A stretch of DNA of 64,000 nt from a virus: positions 3,203 through 67,202 of IMG/VR virus record IMGVR_UViG_3300042090_001278; one strand, written 5' to 3'. Position 1 is the stretch's first letter; each line of letters opens with the position of its first letter. Below the pieces are notes generated by a model. It ran no database searches. It was not told where the DNA came from and saw only the letters and a program-made list of their open reading frames with translations. The position numbers were made by a program, and so were the translations under genes. Below, in pieces: positions 48,733 through 56,709 of this stretch.

Positions 48733-49253
48733 ACCACCAAATTCTGATCTACCAGTCCGAGCGGGGCGTCGAAAGTGTCGGCATTCCGGGCTCGTGGCTG
48801 TCGACGGCTGTCGACGGTCGATGTGGTGCTGGTCAGCGGCAGCGCCGAGCGCGAGACGCATGGCGACCAGGGCCACTACGTTGTCAGCCGGCCGCTGGTC
48901 GACGCGGAGGAGGAGGTCAAGCGGGCGGCGAGCGCGCCGGCGTGCTGGACGGAAGCGGTCGGGCTGGACGCACCCCGTACCTTGAGGCCCGCGTGCTGTC
49001 GATCCGGTTCCAACCGGACCAGAAGCTGCCGTTTCGATTTGTCCTGCAGAACGGTCCCGGCGAGACGATCGGCCGGGGCGCGGTGAAGCAAGCGCCGGGG
49101 ACAACCTGGGCCACGGACCTGATGATCGCCCTGTCGCGTTGGGATATGCTGACGCTGATGGGCGACTGCCTCGACTACGTGCGTGACTGGGAACTGCGCC
49201 ATTTCAAGGAGCGCCAGGCGGCACGGTCGATTACAAGGGTGCCGTCTGTTTGA
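48729..49253 (+). pseudogene. Frameshifted paralog of 49559 gene fused to a different C-terminal ORF
   Basis: 48729-48930 matches 49559-49750 but has an extra 10-bp GGCTGTCGAC. Confidence 0.55.
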
Positions 49254-49319
49254 GTTGTCTGAACTCGGATTACGCTGATTGATGGGATTGGGATGATTTT
49301 CAGGAAGGAAACGAGCGCC

Positions 49320-49562
49320 ATGAACGTGTACGACAAGGCCGAAGCCATTCTCTACGCTTGGGGTGAAGAGCGTTATGACATGATTGGTCTGCGCGGTGAC
49401 GGATCGGTGTACCCTTGCCGTGAGGATGACATTCCTCGCGGCGCGGTCGACGCATACCTCTCGATTGCCACTGAGGACGCCGTGATATTACTGGCGACTT
49501 CAATTGAGCGCGGCTTCAAATACGGTCCAGACGATCCGTGGGCCGAGGAGCATCCGACATGA
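49320..49562 (+). CDS. Hypothetical protein
   Basis: RBS from family B tail; ATGA overlap with next gene. Confidence 0.5.
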   Translation: MNVYDKAEAILYAWGEERYDMIGLRGDGSVYPCREDDIPRGAVDAYLSIATEDAVILLATSIERGFKYGPDDPWAEEHPT

Positions 49563-49921
49563 ACCACCAAATCGTGATCTACCAGTCCGAGCTGGGCGTC
49601 GAGAGTGTCGGCATTCCGGGCTCGTGGCTGTCGACGGTCGATGTCGTGCTGGTCAGCGGCGACGCCGAGCGCGAGAAGCACGGCGACCAGAGTCACTACG
49701 TTGTCAGCCGGCCATATGTCGACGCGGAGGAGGAGGTCAAGCGGGCGGCGGACATCTACGCGAAGATCGCGGCGCTGCCGCCGCTGCCGCGATTGACGCA
49801 CCATGCGCCGGGGGCGGTCCTGCGGCCGGACTGCTGCGCGGCGCACGGGAAGGAGTGGGACCGGAGGAACAAGGGAGAGTTCGCGGGGAATCGGATGATT
49901 CAGGGAATCGTGAATCTATGA
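49559..49921 (+). CDS. Hypothetical protein (MNHQIVIYQSE)
   Basis: GAGGAG RBS; intact copy of duplicated segment. Confidence 0.55.
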   Translation: MNHQIVIYQSELGVESVGIPGSWLSTVDVVLVSGDAEREKHGDQSHYVVSRPYVDAEEEVKRAADIYAKIAALPPLPRLTHHAPGAVLRPDCCAAHGKEWDRRNKGEFAGNRMIQGIVNL

Positions 49922-49943
49922 CCCACCGAGCGGCGGAAGGTAG

Positions 49944-50013
49944 TCAGGGATTTGTGATTCCCTGAATTATTATCGATTCAGGGATTTACAAATCCCTGAC
50001 TACGTGTTAGAAT
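49944..50013 (+). promoter_or_regulatory. Promoter overlapped by TCAGGGATTT..AATCCCTGA inverted repeats
   Basis: TTTACA-17-TAGAAT with extended TG; inverted repeats at 49944-49965 and 49978-49999. Confidence 0.65.
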
Positions 50014-50019
50014 GGCGTC

Positions 50020-50622
50020 ATGGATAAACGAATGCTCACACTCTTACAGTTGCATGCCGAGGTCGCGGAGAAGGTCGGGCCCGATGTGCCGATGATCCCG
50101 AGGTCGACTCTCTCCACGCTGATCGCCGGGAATGCGGCGTTTGCCAAGCTGCTCGGCCGTGATGGTAATCTGTACCCCGAGGCCGCTGTCGATCTGCTTG
50201 CGGCTGCGATCCCCCATGTCAAGGCGGGTGGTTTCAAGTGGTCACAGCTTCCGATGATTGTGGAAAGCATGGTCGGCAAGCCGGCGGTCGCCGGTGGGGG
50301 TCTGATGCGAAGGCAGCCGAAGCCGGACATGCTCATCCAGGGCTATGAGCATGGCACCCCGGCGCTCGCGGACAAGGAGACGATGATCGAGGTTGCCCAG
50401 GCTCAGTCGCTCTACGCGCGGCCGGCGGGCGAGATCGTCTTTGACGCCGAGGAAGCGGCCAGGTTCCTGCGCACGACGCCGCGGAAGGTCCATGCGCGTT
50501 TCAAGCCGTCGATCATACTTGGGCGCGGCTCGGCAAATCGCCGGTGGCTGCTCTCCGATCTGCTGCCTCGCGACATATTTCCCAAGGAATCCGAGATTCA
50601 TGAATCCCTGACGGTAGGTTAA
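50020..50622 (+). CDS. DNA-binding protein with C-terminal excisionase-like HTH; family E insert
   Basis: VFDAEEAARFLRTTPRKV..G..RW. Confidence 0.6.
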   Translation: MDKRMLTLLQLHAEVAEKVGPDVPMIPRSTLSTLIAGNAAFAKLLGRDGNLYPEAAVDLLAAAIPHVKAGGFKWSQLPMIVESMVGKPAVAGGGLMRRQPKPDMLIQGYEHGTPALADKETMIEVAQAQSLYARPAGEIVFDAEEAARFLRTTPRKVHARFKPSIILGRGSANRRWLLSDLLPRDIFPKESEIHESLTVG

Positions 50623-50874
50623 ATGAGCGCTCGCTTCATCGTTCGGAATGACGGTTTCGGCTGGCCGCGCGTGTTCGACACGGAGCGATGCCGGTTCGTT
50701 GCGGTGCGTACGGCGGCATCGCTGTTGCGTGCGGGCTCGTCGAGGGCCGGTGAGGCAACGCGGCTGGCCGATGAGGCCAAGCGACTGGCCGCTGTCCTGA
50801 ACGGTCGCGGCGGGGCTGCGCCGGTTCGGGATATGTCGATGCCGGAGCAGCTCGTGTTGGGCGAACAGGATTAG
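50623..50874 (+). CDS. Hypothetical protein
   Basis: ORF adjacent to upstream stop. Confidence 0.5.
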   Translation: MSARFIVRNDGFGWPRVFDTERCRFVAVRTAASLLRAGSSRAGEATRLADEAKRLAAVLNGRGGAAPVRDMSMPEQLVLGEQD

Positions 50875-50929
50875 GAATGGGTCATAGGGGACTTACGGGG
50901 CGGATGGGACAGGAGGAGGAGGGTCGACT

Positions 50930-51199
50930 TTGGCTACCTTGACGGCCAGGCCGTGTCCGATTTGCGAAGAGGCTATCACGGACGCGGACGTCGACGGCTT
51001 TCGACCGATGGCCCCCGGCCGGACCGCGCATGCGGCATGCCTGTTGCGGCTGACGGTCGGGTCGGTGGCGCATCAGGAAAAGCGGTGCTCGTGCTATGGC
51101 GGGCCGTCGCCGGAACGTCCGGACGACTTCTCGTTTCGCGAGGATGCGCTGGCCGCGTGGCGGCACTTTGTCGAGCACCATGTGGAGGAGGAGGTGTGA
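50930..51199 (+). CDS. Small Cys/His-rich protein
   Basis: CPIC..H..C..R..GS..H...CSC; GGAGG RBS. Confidence 0.6.
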   Translation: MATLTARPCPICEEAITDADVDGFRPMAPGRTAHAACLLRLTVGSVAHQEKRCSCYGGPSPERPDDFSFREDALAAWRHFVEHHVEEEV

Positions 51200-51477
51200 T
51201 GGCCGTCATCATCCTGTGCGCCGGCGGGCCGCGCGGTCCATTTCCGCGATTTGACTCCGGGCGGTCGCTGCCGGCGTCGCTCAACCGATATCAGCGCGAG
51301 GCGCTCGTTCGGCTGGGCCTCGCGGTCGACATGATCCAGGAGGAGTTGGCGGATCGTGGTGCGTGCCCGGCCTGCCGTAAGCGCTACAGCCACAAGGAGG
51401 ATTGCGCGCTGGTCGAGCTTGAGGCGGCGATGGACCATCTTGAGCTTGAGCTTGGGAGGCCGGACATTGTCCCATGA
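51199..51477 (+). CDS. Small zinc-binding protein
   Basis: CPAC..H..DC; coupled start. Confidence 0.5.
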   Translation: MAVIILCAGGPRGPFPRFDSGRSLPASLNRYQREALVRLGLAVDMIQEELADRGACPACRKRYSHKEDCALVELEAAMDHLELELGRPDIVP

Positions 51478-51904
51478 CCCTGCCCGCTATCCGCCCGATT
51501 GGCCGGCGATCAGCGCTCGCATCAAGGAGCGCGACGGCTTCCGGTGCGCGTTCTGCGGGGCGCCGGATCGCGGGGTGGGGTACTTCGACGACAGCGGCGC
51601 GTTTGTCGAGGTCGCGCCGGCGGGCGACGCGGACATTCGGCGCGCGATCGTGGAGGAGCGATCACGCAAGGTGATCACGATTGTCCTGAGCTGCGTGCAT
51701 GTCCACGATAAGAATCCGATGAGCTGCGAGGATTCGAACCTGGCCGCGTGCTGCCAGCGGTGTCATTTGCGGCTCGACCAGGGCGACCACCTGGTCGCGG
51801 CGAGCCGTACTCGAGCGGCGAAGGCCGGCGCCGGGACTCTGGCGTTGTTCGGCGAGGATGAGGTCGGCGGCGCGGTCGCCGATCGGAAGTGGGGTGGGAA
51901 GTGA
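51467..51904 (+). CDS. HNH-like zinc-binding phage protein
   Basis: YP.DW..IS..I..R....C..CG and H....C...NL...CQRCH...D. Confidence 0.75.
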   Translation: MSHDPARYPPDWPAISARIKERDGFRCAFCGAPDRGVGYFDDSGAFVEVAPAGDADIRRAIVEERSRKVITIVLSCVHVHDKNPMSCEDSNLAACCQRCHLRLDQGDHLVAASRTRAAKAGAGTLALFGEDEVGGAVADRKWGGK

Positions 51905-52119
51905 GCGTTCGGAATGGGTCGAATAAGACGAATAAGACGGATATGACGGACATTGACCCCGCGTTGTGCTCAGGGCACACGGGGGTTTGTGATGGCCGAG
52001 CCCCTGTTCCTGTTCAGATTGGATCGGGCATACCTCACGCGAAGGTCTTTGACAAGCCTGTCCTGATGTGCGCGAAATGCCGGCATGTCATGCACGGGTC
52101 GTGGAGGTATCCCCGATGA
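51901..52119 (+). CDS. Small Cys-containing protein with family A insert at N-terminus
   Basis: GTGA overlap; C..C motif. Confidence 0.5.
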   Translation: MSVRNGSNKTNKTDMTDIDPALCSGHTGVCDGRAPVPVQIGSGIPHAKVFDKPVLMCAKCRHVMHGSWRYPR

Positions 52120-52781
52120 TCGACGAGCCTTTCATTATCTGTCCGCGCTGCGCGCGGAAAAGCCATCACCCCAAGGACATCGAGCAGCGCTACTGCGGGT
52201 TCTGCCACATGTTCCACGAGCAGATGGACGTGGTGGCCGGTCCCGAGGCGCGGATGCCGCGGCGGGCTCAGTTCTGCCAGCCGCCGGAGCGGGTGCGGGA
52301 GATCCACGACCTGTTCAGCGCGATCATCAACGGCGATGTCCATGGGCCGACGATGTACCCCGAGGATGTAGGCAAGAGGATTATGCGCGACATGAGGATT
52401 ATGCGCGACATTTGCGCGTGGCTGCTTGGATACAACGAGGGAGTTGTGGTCGAGGACGCGCTGAAAGAGATGGCGGCGCTGGTTCGGAAGTCCGGCTTTG
52501 TGCCGAACATGGGCGGCATCCTCAGCGCTGTCGACCAGGGCCGCTTCGACGCCGGCGAGCCGATTCCGACTGGGGCGGCGGCGGTGGTCGACAGCGCGAT
52601 CGGGATGCTGCTGTCGGATGATGGGACCAGCAGGGCGGCCGGCCTCGCGCAATATGTGCCGGGTCTGAAAGCCGTGCGCAACGCCTTGATGGTGGTTTAC
52701 GGCATGGAAGTCGAGACGGCCGTGCCCCTGGGCGCGGCGCCGATTGGGCGCGGCGCTGCTGGTCCGGACACGGTGGAGTGA
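52116..52781 (+). CDS. Hypothetical with N-terminal zinc finger
   Basis: CPRC...S.HP.D....YC..CH.F; GGAGG RBS. Confidence 0.6.
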   Translation: MIDEPFIICPRCARKSHHPKDIEQRYCGFCHMFHEQMDVVAGPEARMPRRAQFCQPPERVREIHDLFSAIINGDVHGPTMYPEDVGKRIMRDMRIMRDICAWLLGYNEGVVVEDALKEMAALVRKSGFVPNMGGILSAVDQGRFDAGEPIPTGAAAVVDSAIGMLLSDDGTSRAAGLAQYVPGLKAVRNALMVVYGMEVETAVPLGAAPIGRGAAGPDTVE

Positions 52782-52843
52782 GGAGTTGTCTGAACTCGGA
52801 TTACGCTGATTTACGAGATTAGGATGATTTTCAGGAGTCAGAA

Positions 52844-53134
52844 ATGAGACTACGGATTACGCCGACTGAGGCTGTGCGCCGCGCGTTGATGTTGACTCGG
52901 TGGTGGTCGATGCCGGCGGCGGATGTGGCGATGGGCGCGCCTCGGTGCGTCGTCTGCGGCTGCACGTGGCACAATGCCTGCGTGGTGGCCTATGGCATTC
53001 TCGAGGAGGGCGGCTGCTACTGGCCGGCGGGGTCGGACACGTGCAGCGCTTGCCTGGGCCTGACGCCGCGCGTGCGGCCGTGCATGCCCGTGCCGAGATC
53101 GGTATCACACACGGCGACGGCGGGTGCATCGTGA
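52844..53134 (+). CDS. Small zinc-finger protein
   Basis: C..CGCT...AC...GC.W.....CS.C. Confidence 0.65.
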   Translation: MRLRITPTEAVRRALMLTRWWSMPAADVAMGAPRCVVCGCTWHNACVVAYGILEEGGCYWPAGSDTCSACLGLTPRVRPCMPVPRSVSHTATAGAS

Positions 53135-53329
53135 GTGACCCGCCGTCGCTTTTTGTATTTTTGCCGAACGCCGTCGAGGGACCGCGCGTGCAGGCACACG
53201 CACGGGCCAGTGTCATTATACCCAAATAAGGATTCTGATTTGAAGCCGCCGAAGAATCAAACATTTGTGTGCCGCTAAGTGCGTGCGATTTGGGGTATTG
53301 TAGTTTTCAACACCCCTGGCTGGAGACTC

Positions 53330-54847
53330 ATGCCCGACGACGACCTTGCAGGCACAAGGCGTGCTAACCCCACACCTGACGATAGTAATAGAGCAGCCGA
53401 ATCGATTTCCCTCGAGGCGGTGATAGCTGTTTGGCCGACAGCGGTGGCGTCGACCTGCGGTAAGAAAAAACGGTCGGAGAGCTGGCTGAGGGACGCTAGG
53501 CCGGTGGGTGTCGATGGCAGCCAGATTGTGATCGGTCTGTTGACGGAGGGCGCGAAGGTCCATGTCGACAAGTTCCTCAAGCCGGCGCTAATTGCCGCTC
53601 TCGCGGAGCTGCTGCCGGAGGTTGGATCTGTCCGCGTGGTGGTGCGGGAGCCGGAGGTGCCTGGGATCGCGGTGGTCGGGCAGGCAATCCCTCCCGTGGC
53701 GCGCGGGCAAACGATCGAGGAGCAGAGCCAGGTCGTGGAGCGCGTGGCCCGCCGCCTGGTCGACGAGTCGGAGCGTTTCAAGCGCAGGGACGGCGGGTGT
53801 CCTGAGTTCTTCGTCTATCCGGTTTCGCTGATGTTTCCGTGGCGGGTGATTCGTGTCGCCAAGGACAAAGACGGGAACCCGATACCGCTGCAAAACCTCT
53901 GGTTCGGGCGGTCAGGCAGGTTTGTGCATGCAATCCACGGAGGCCTGGACAAGGACGGGAATCCGATGGGGATTCCGGGTCATTCGTTCCCGCTGCTCGT
54001 CGGGATTTGCCTGACGACGGAGTATAAGTATCCCCTGGACAAGGGCACGGTTGGGCCGCGCATCTGTCTGGGCGATACGCTGGCGGACTTTGCTAGGGCG
54101 TGCGGATACAAGGGCGCGTTTCGAGGCGAGAAGGCAAAACGGTTCCTGGAGCGGTTGTATCAGTATTTCGCTTGCACGCACAGGATTATCGAGTTCGCCA
54201 CGGACGACGACGCGCTTGCGTTCTACAAGGAGATCACGGCGGCCGGTTTCGTCCCGAGCCGAGAGGAGCTTGCACAGAGCGGCAGACTGGCGAAGAGCGA
54301 CGATCCGACGAAGGTTCACGATCCAGACTACACGATGATGGTTGTCGGTAGTCGCCGGCTGGCCGATTACAACATCTGGACGCAGGCGGACATTGCGCGA
54401 GACTGGAATGAGCGCGGGCCGTTCGGGTGGGTGGTGCTGACGGATGAGTATGTCACCAAGTTCGCGACGCACGGCGTGCCTCTCTCGACTCATGTGCTTG
54501 CCGCACTGCTCAAGAATGCGCAGGATGTCGCGCTGTACACGTACCTGACGCAGCGCGTGTTCCAGTTACGCAAAGAGGGCCACAAGTCCGTGACGATCCG
54601 CCTGAGCTCCTTCCAGGACCACCTGGGCATCAACCGGACGAAGGAGAATCGGCGGCCGTCCGGGATGATTAAGGCGATTCGCGAGCGCGTGGCTCCGGCC
54701 TGGGACGCGGCCGCGATGGCGATGGGCAAGCCGGAGTGCTGTTTCCGGTACACACTGGAGGAAGGGCACAGCCGTTTTGCGGCGCGAATCACGCTGTTCC
54801 CGACCCCTCCCCTGATCGACCGACCCGGTGGCCAGCCTCAAGATTGA
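53330..54847 (+). CDS. Replication initiator: DnaA N-terminal-like domain fused to plasmid RepA_C-like domain
   Basis: W...SWL...V......I.AL (DnaA_N-like); G.P....P.L....L.TE...I.LG..L..F....G...R..E.L...F.C and D..LY.YL..R (RepA_C-like); GGAG RBS. Confidence 0.7.
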   Translation: MPDDDLAGTRRANPTPDDSNRAAESISLEAVIAVWPTAVASTCGKKKRSESWLRDARPVGVDGSQIVIGLLTEGAKVHVDKFLKPALIAALAELLPEVGSVRVVVREPEVPGIAVVGQAIPPVARGQTIEEQSQVVERVARRLVDESERFKRRDGGCPEFFVYPVSLMFPWRVIRVAKDKDGNPIPLQNLWFGRSGRFVHAIHGGLDKDGNPMGIPGHSFPLLVGICLTTEYKYPLDKGTVGPRICLGDTLADFARACGYKGAFRGEKAKRFLERLYQYFACTHRIIEFATDDDALAFYKEITAAGFVPSREELAQSGRLAKSDDPTKVHDPDYTMMVVGSRRLADYNIWTQADIARDWNERGPFGWVVLTDEYVTKFATHGVPLSTHVLAALLKNAQDVALYTYLTQRVFQLRKEGHKSVTIRLSSFQDHLGINRTKENRRPSGMIKAIRERVAPAWDAAAMAMGKPECCFRYTLEEGHSRFAARITLFPTPPLIDRPGGQPQD

Positions 54848-54883
54848 TGCGCGGTCGTATGTTCGGAAATCTATCTTACAAAT

Positions 54884-55190
54884 GTACCTGCGACTCCCGG
54901 TAACGTGATGAACACGTGCGGACACTTCGGATCATGTGTTCGTAAAAACCAGTAGAATGTATAACGGTCTTTCAGCGTAACAGCCCCGGAAACGGGGCTG
55001 TTTCCACGACTCCCCTTTGCGTACCTCCGTCTCTCGCTAACGCCCTGCGTCTCTCGCTAACGTCCTCGGACTCCCGGTAACTCGGGCAAAAGCGTACCTC
55101 GGACTCCCGGCATGCGTACCCGCGAGTCCCGAAAAGGTGTACCCGCGAGTCTCGGTAACTCGGGCAAAAGCGTACCTGCGACTCCCAGGC
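54884..55190. repeat. Iteron-like repeats, putative replication origin
   Basis: About eight GTACC(T/C)(G/C)(C/G)GA(C/G)TC(C/T)CG-like units, two GGTAACTCGGGCAAAAGCGTACC, with an AT-richer spacer, directly downstream of the rep gene. Confidence 0.75.
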
Positions 55191-55439
55191 TCTTATAATC
55201 CGTAAATTCAGTAAGCTCTTCTTATAAGCGAGAGGCTCCGGAGAGGCGGGGCGGCGCGGACGCCGCGATCTTTTGCGGCGACTAACGTCGCGGAACCGGA
55301 TTGGCTCTTTATGATTGCGGTTCGGGCCTGGATTCGCTTGCCGGTCGCCAGGACGGCTGCCGTTGGCGTCAGGAGAGGCGCTGCGCGGTCGCGACGGCGT
55401 GATCGACGCGATTATCAAGGTGGGCGTTTGCTCGCTCTC

Positions 55440-55469
55440 TTGACATCGTGGCGGGTCAGGGTGTAGAAT
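55440..55469 (+). promoter_or_regulatory. Sigma-70 promoter
   Basis: TTGACA-18-TAGAAT. Confidence 0.65.
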
Positions 55470-55509
55470 GATTTGGGGATTTGGGGATTTGGGGATTTGG
55501 GGATTTGGG
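55470..55509 (+). repeat. (GATTTGGG)x5 tandem repeat
   Basis: Five perfect 8-mers between promoter and ATG 55514. Confidence 0.95.
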
Positions 55510-55513
55510 ATAG

Positions 55514-55714
55514 ATGGCTAAAGAAGAGCATCCAACAGATTTGCCGATCGTCAAGACCGATCGATATGGCCGGCCGACGCTGGGCGAGGTAGTCTCGAAT
55601 CGCTACTACAGCTTCGAGCTCCGCGCTGACGGCGTGATAATACTAAGGCCGCTTAGTATTACCGTGACCAGTAACGCTCCGGTGAACGGGGAGAAGTCGG
55701 GGGAATCGACGTGA
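55514..55714 (+). CDS. AbrB/SpoVT-like small DNA-binding protein
   Basis: D..GR..L......Y......DG.I.L.P. Confidence 0.6.
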   Translation: MAKEEHPTDLPIVKTDRYGRPTLGEVVSNRYYSFELRADGVIILRPLSITVTSNAPVNGEKSGEST

Positions 55715-56163
55715 GTCCGGAAGAATTGTTTGGTCACATTACTCATCTGGCTGAAAGCACGGCGGATATAAGCCCCTGTCATTCCTTGGTGTTTCGCGCG
55801 CTGATTGAGGTAATGAAGCCTGATGGCGATGAGGAATGCAGCCGGTTGGCTACTTGCGACCTGTACAACGCAGTGATTGCGCATTCAAAGCGTGCCTCGG
55901 CGATGCGTGCTCTCATGGCGGATGCGCGGAGTAATTCCCACGCGATGCACGAGGAGATGTCGCGGCTGATGTCGATGGGCGTTGAGTCGGGCGGATACCT
56001 GCCGGCACGCGTTAAGGATGGTAGAGCCCTGTTGCATGTGACCTGGCTAGAGAAGGACGGAACTCCAATGGTTTCTCCTCCTGGGCGTCACGCTCCTTCG
56101 GTTACAGAATCAAGCGGCAATCGCGCCGATCGGCGGCGCGATCTTCGACGCTCGCGGAGGTAA
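55711..56163 (+). CDS. Hypothetical protein
   Basis: GTGA overlap with upstream gene. Confidence 0.5.
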   Translation: MSPEELFGHITHLAESTADISPCHSLVFRALIEVMKPDGDEECSRLATCDLYNAVIAHSKRASAMRALMADARSNSHAMHEEMSRLMSMGVESGGYLPARVKDGRALLHVTWLEKDGTPMVSPPGRHAPSVTESSGNRADRRRDLRRSRR

Positions 56164-56169
56164 CTGACC

Positions 56170-56367
56170 ATGACCGCGCACCTGTCGATGATGCAGCGGA
56201 TCGACATGGCGAGGCGGCGAGCTCGGGAGGGCTGTAGCCGGCGTCGGCGGCGGCAGGTGTACTTGGATCGCAAGAAGCGCCGCGCGGTCATTCTGAGTAC
56301 GAGGGTTGAGTGGGTGTACAATCGCGAGACGGGACGGTATCGGCGCGTGGTATTGAAACGAACCTGA
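56170..56367 (+). CDS. Small Arg-rich protein
   Basis: GGAGG RBS. Confidence 0.4.
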   Translation: MTAHLSMMQRIDMARRRAREGCSRRRRRQVYLDRKKRRAVILSTRVEWVYNRETGRYRRVVLKRT

Positions 56368-56487
56368 TCTCTAATCGAACCAGCCGATCCGCTTCTAATC
56401 GAACCAGAGCCCGCCGGCGTCGCCGGCGGGCTCGATGGATTCTTGGTGGTGGCGGATGATCGAGAGTGACATCGTTGTGTCACTGGC

Positions 56488-56709
56488 TCAGATGATGCGC
56501 GAGGCGATCTCGGCTTGGCGGATGATGTGGCGGATGGTGGCGCCATTCTTGAGGCCCAGGCGCTTTCCCTCTGCCTCGACGAATTCGCGGAGGTCCTGCT
56601 CGAGACGCAGGCCAGCTTGCGCTTTGGTGGCCGGCTTGCGTTTGCGGCCGGCTCCAGGGCGCGCGCCGCCGCGCCCTGGTTTGGTCGTGCTTGTCGATGG
56701 CTGGCTCAT
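56488..56709 (-). CDS. Small RHH-like DNA-binding protein
   Basis: RGGARPGAGRK arm followed by strand-helix-helix pattern. Confidence 0.6.
   Translation of the reverse strand: MSQPSTSTTKPGRGGARPGAGRKRKPATKAQAGLRLEQDLREFVEAEGKRLGLKNGATIRHIIRQAEIASRII

Noticed and set aside
48729-49750. DGR template/variable repeat pair
   Set aside because: Differences are not confined to adenines of one copy and no reverse transcriptase is present in the window
56408-56434. GAGCCCGCCGGCG/CGCCGGCGGGCTC hairpin as another mobile family
   Set aside because: Single copy between convergent genes; more simply a terminator-like hairpin
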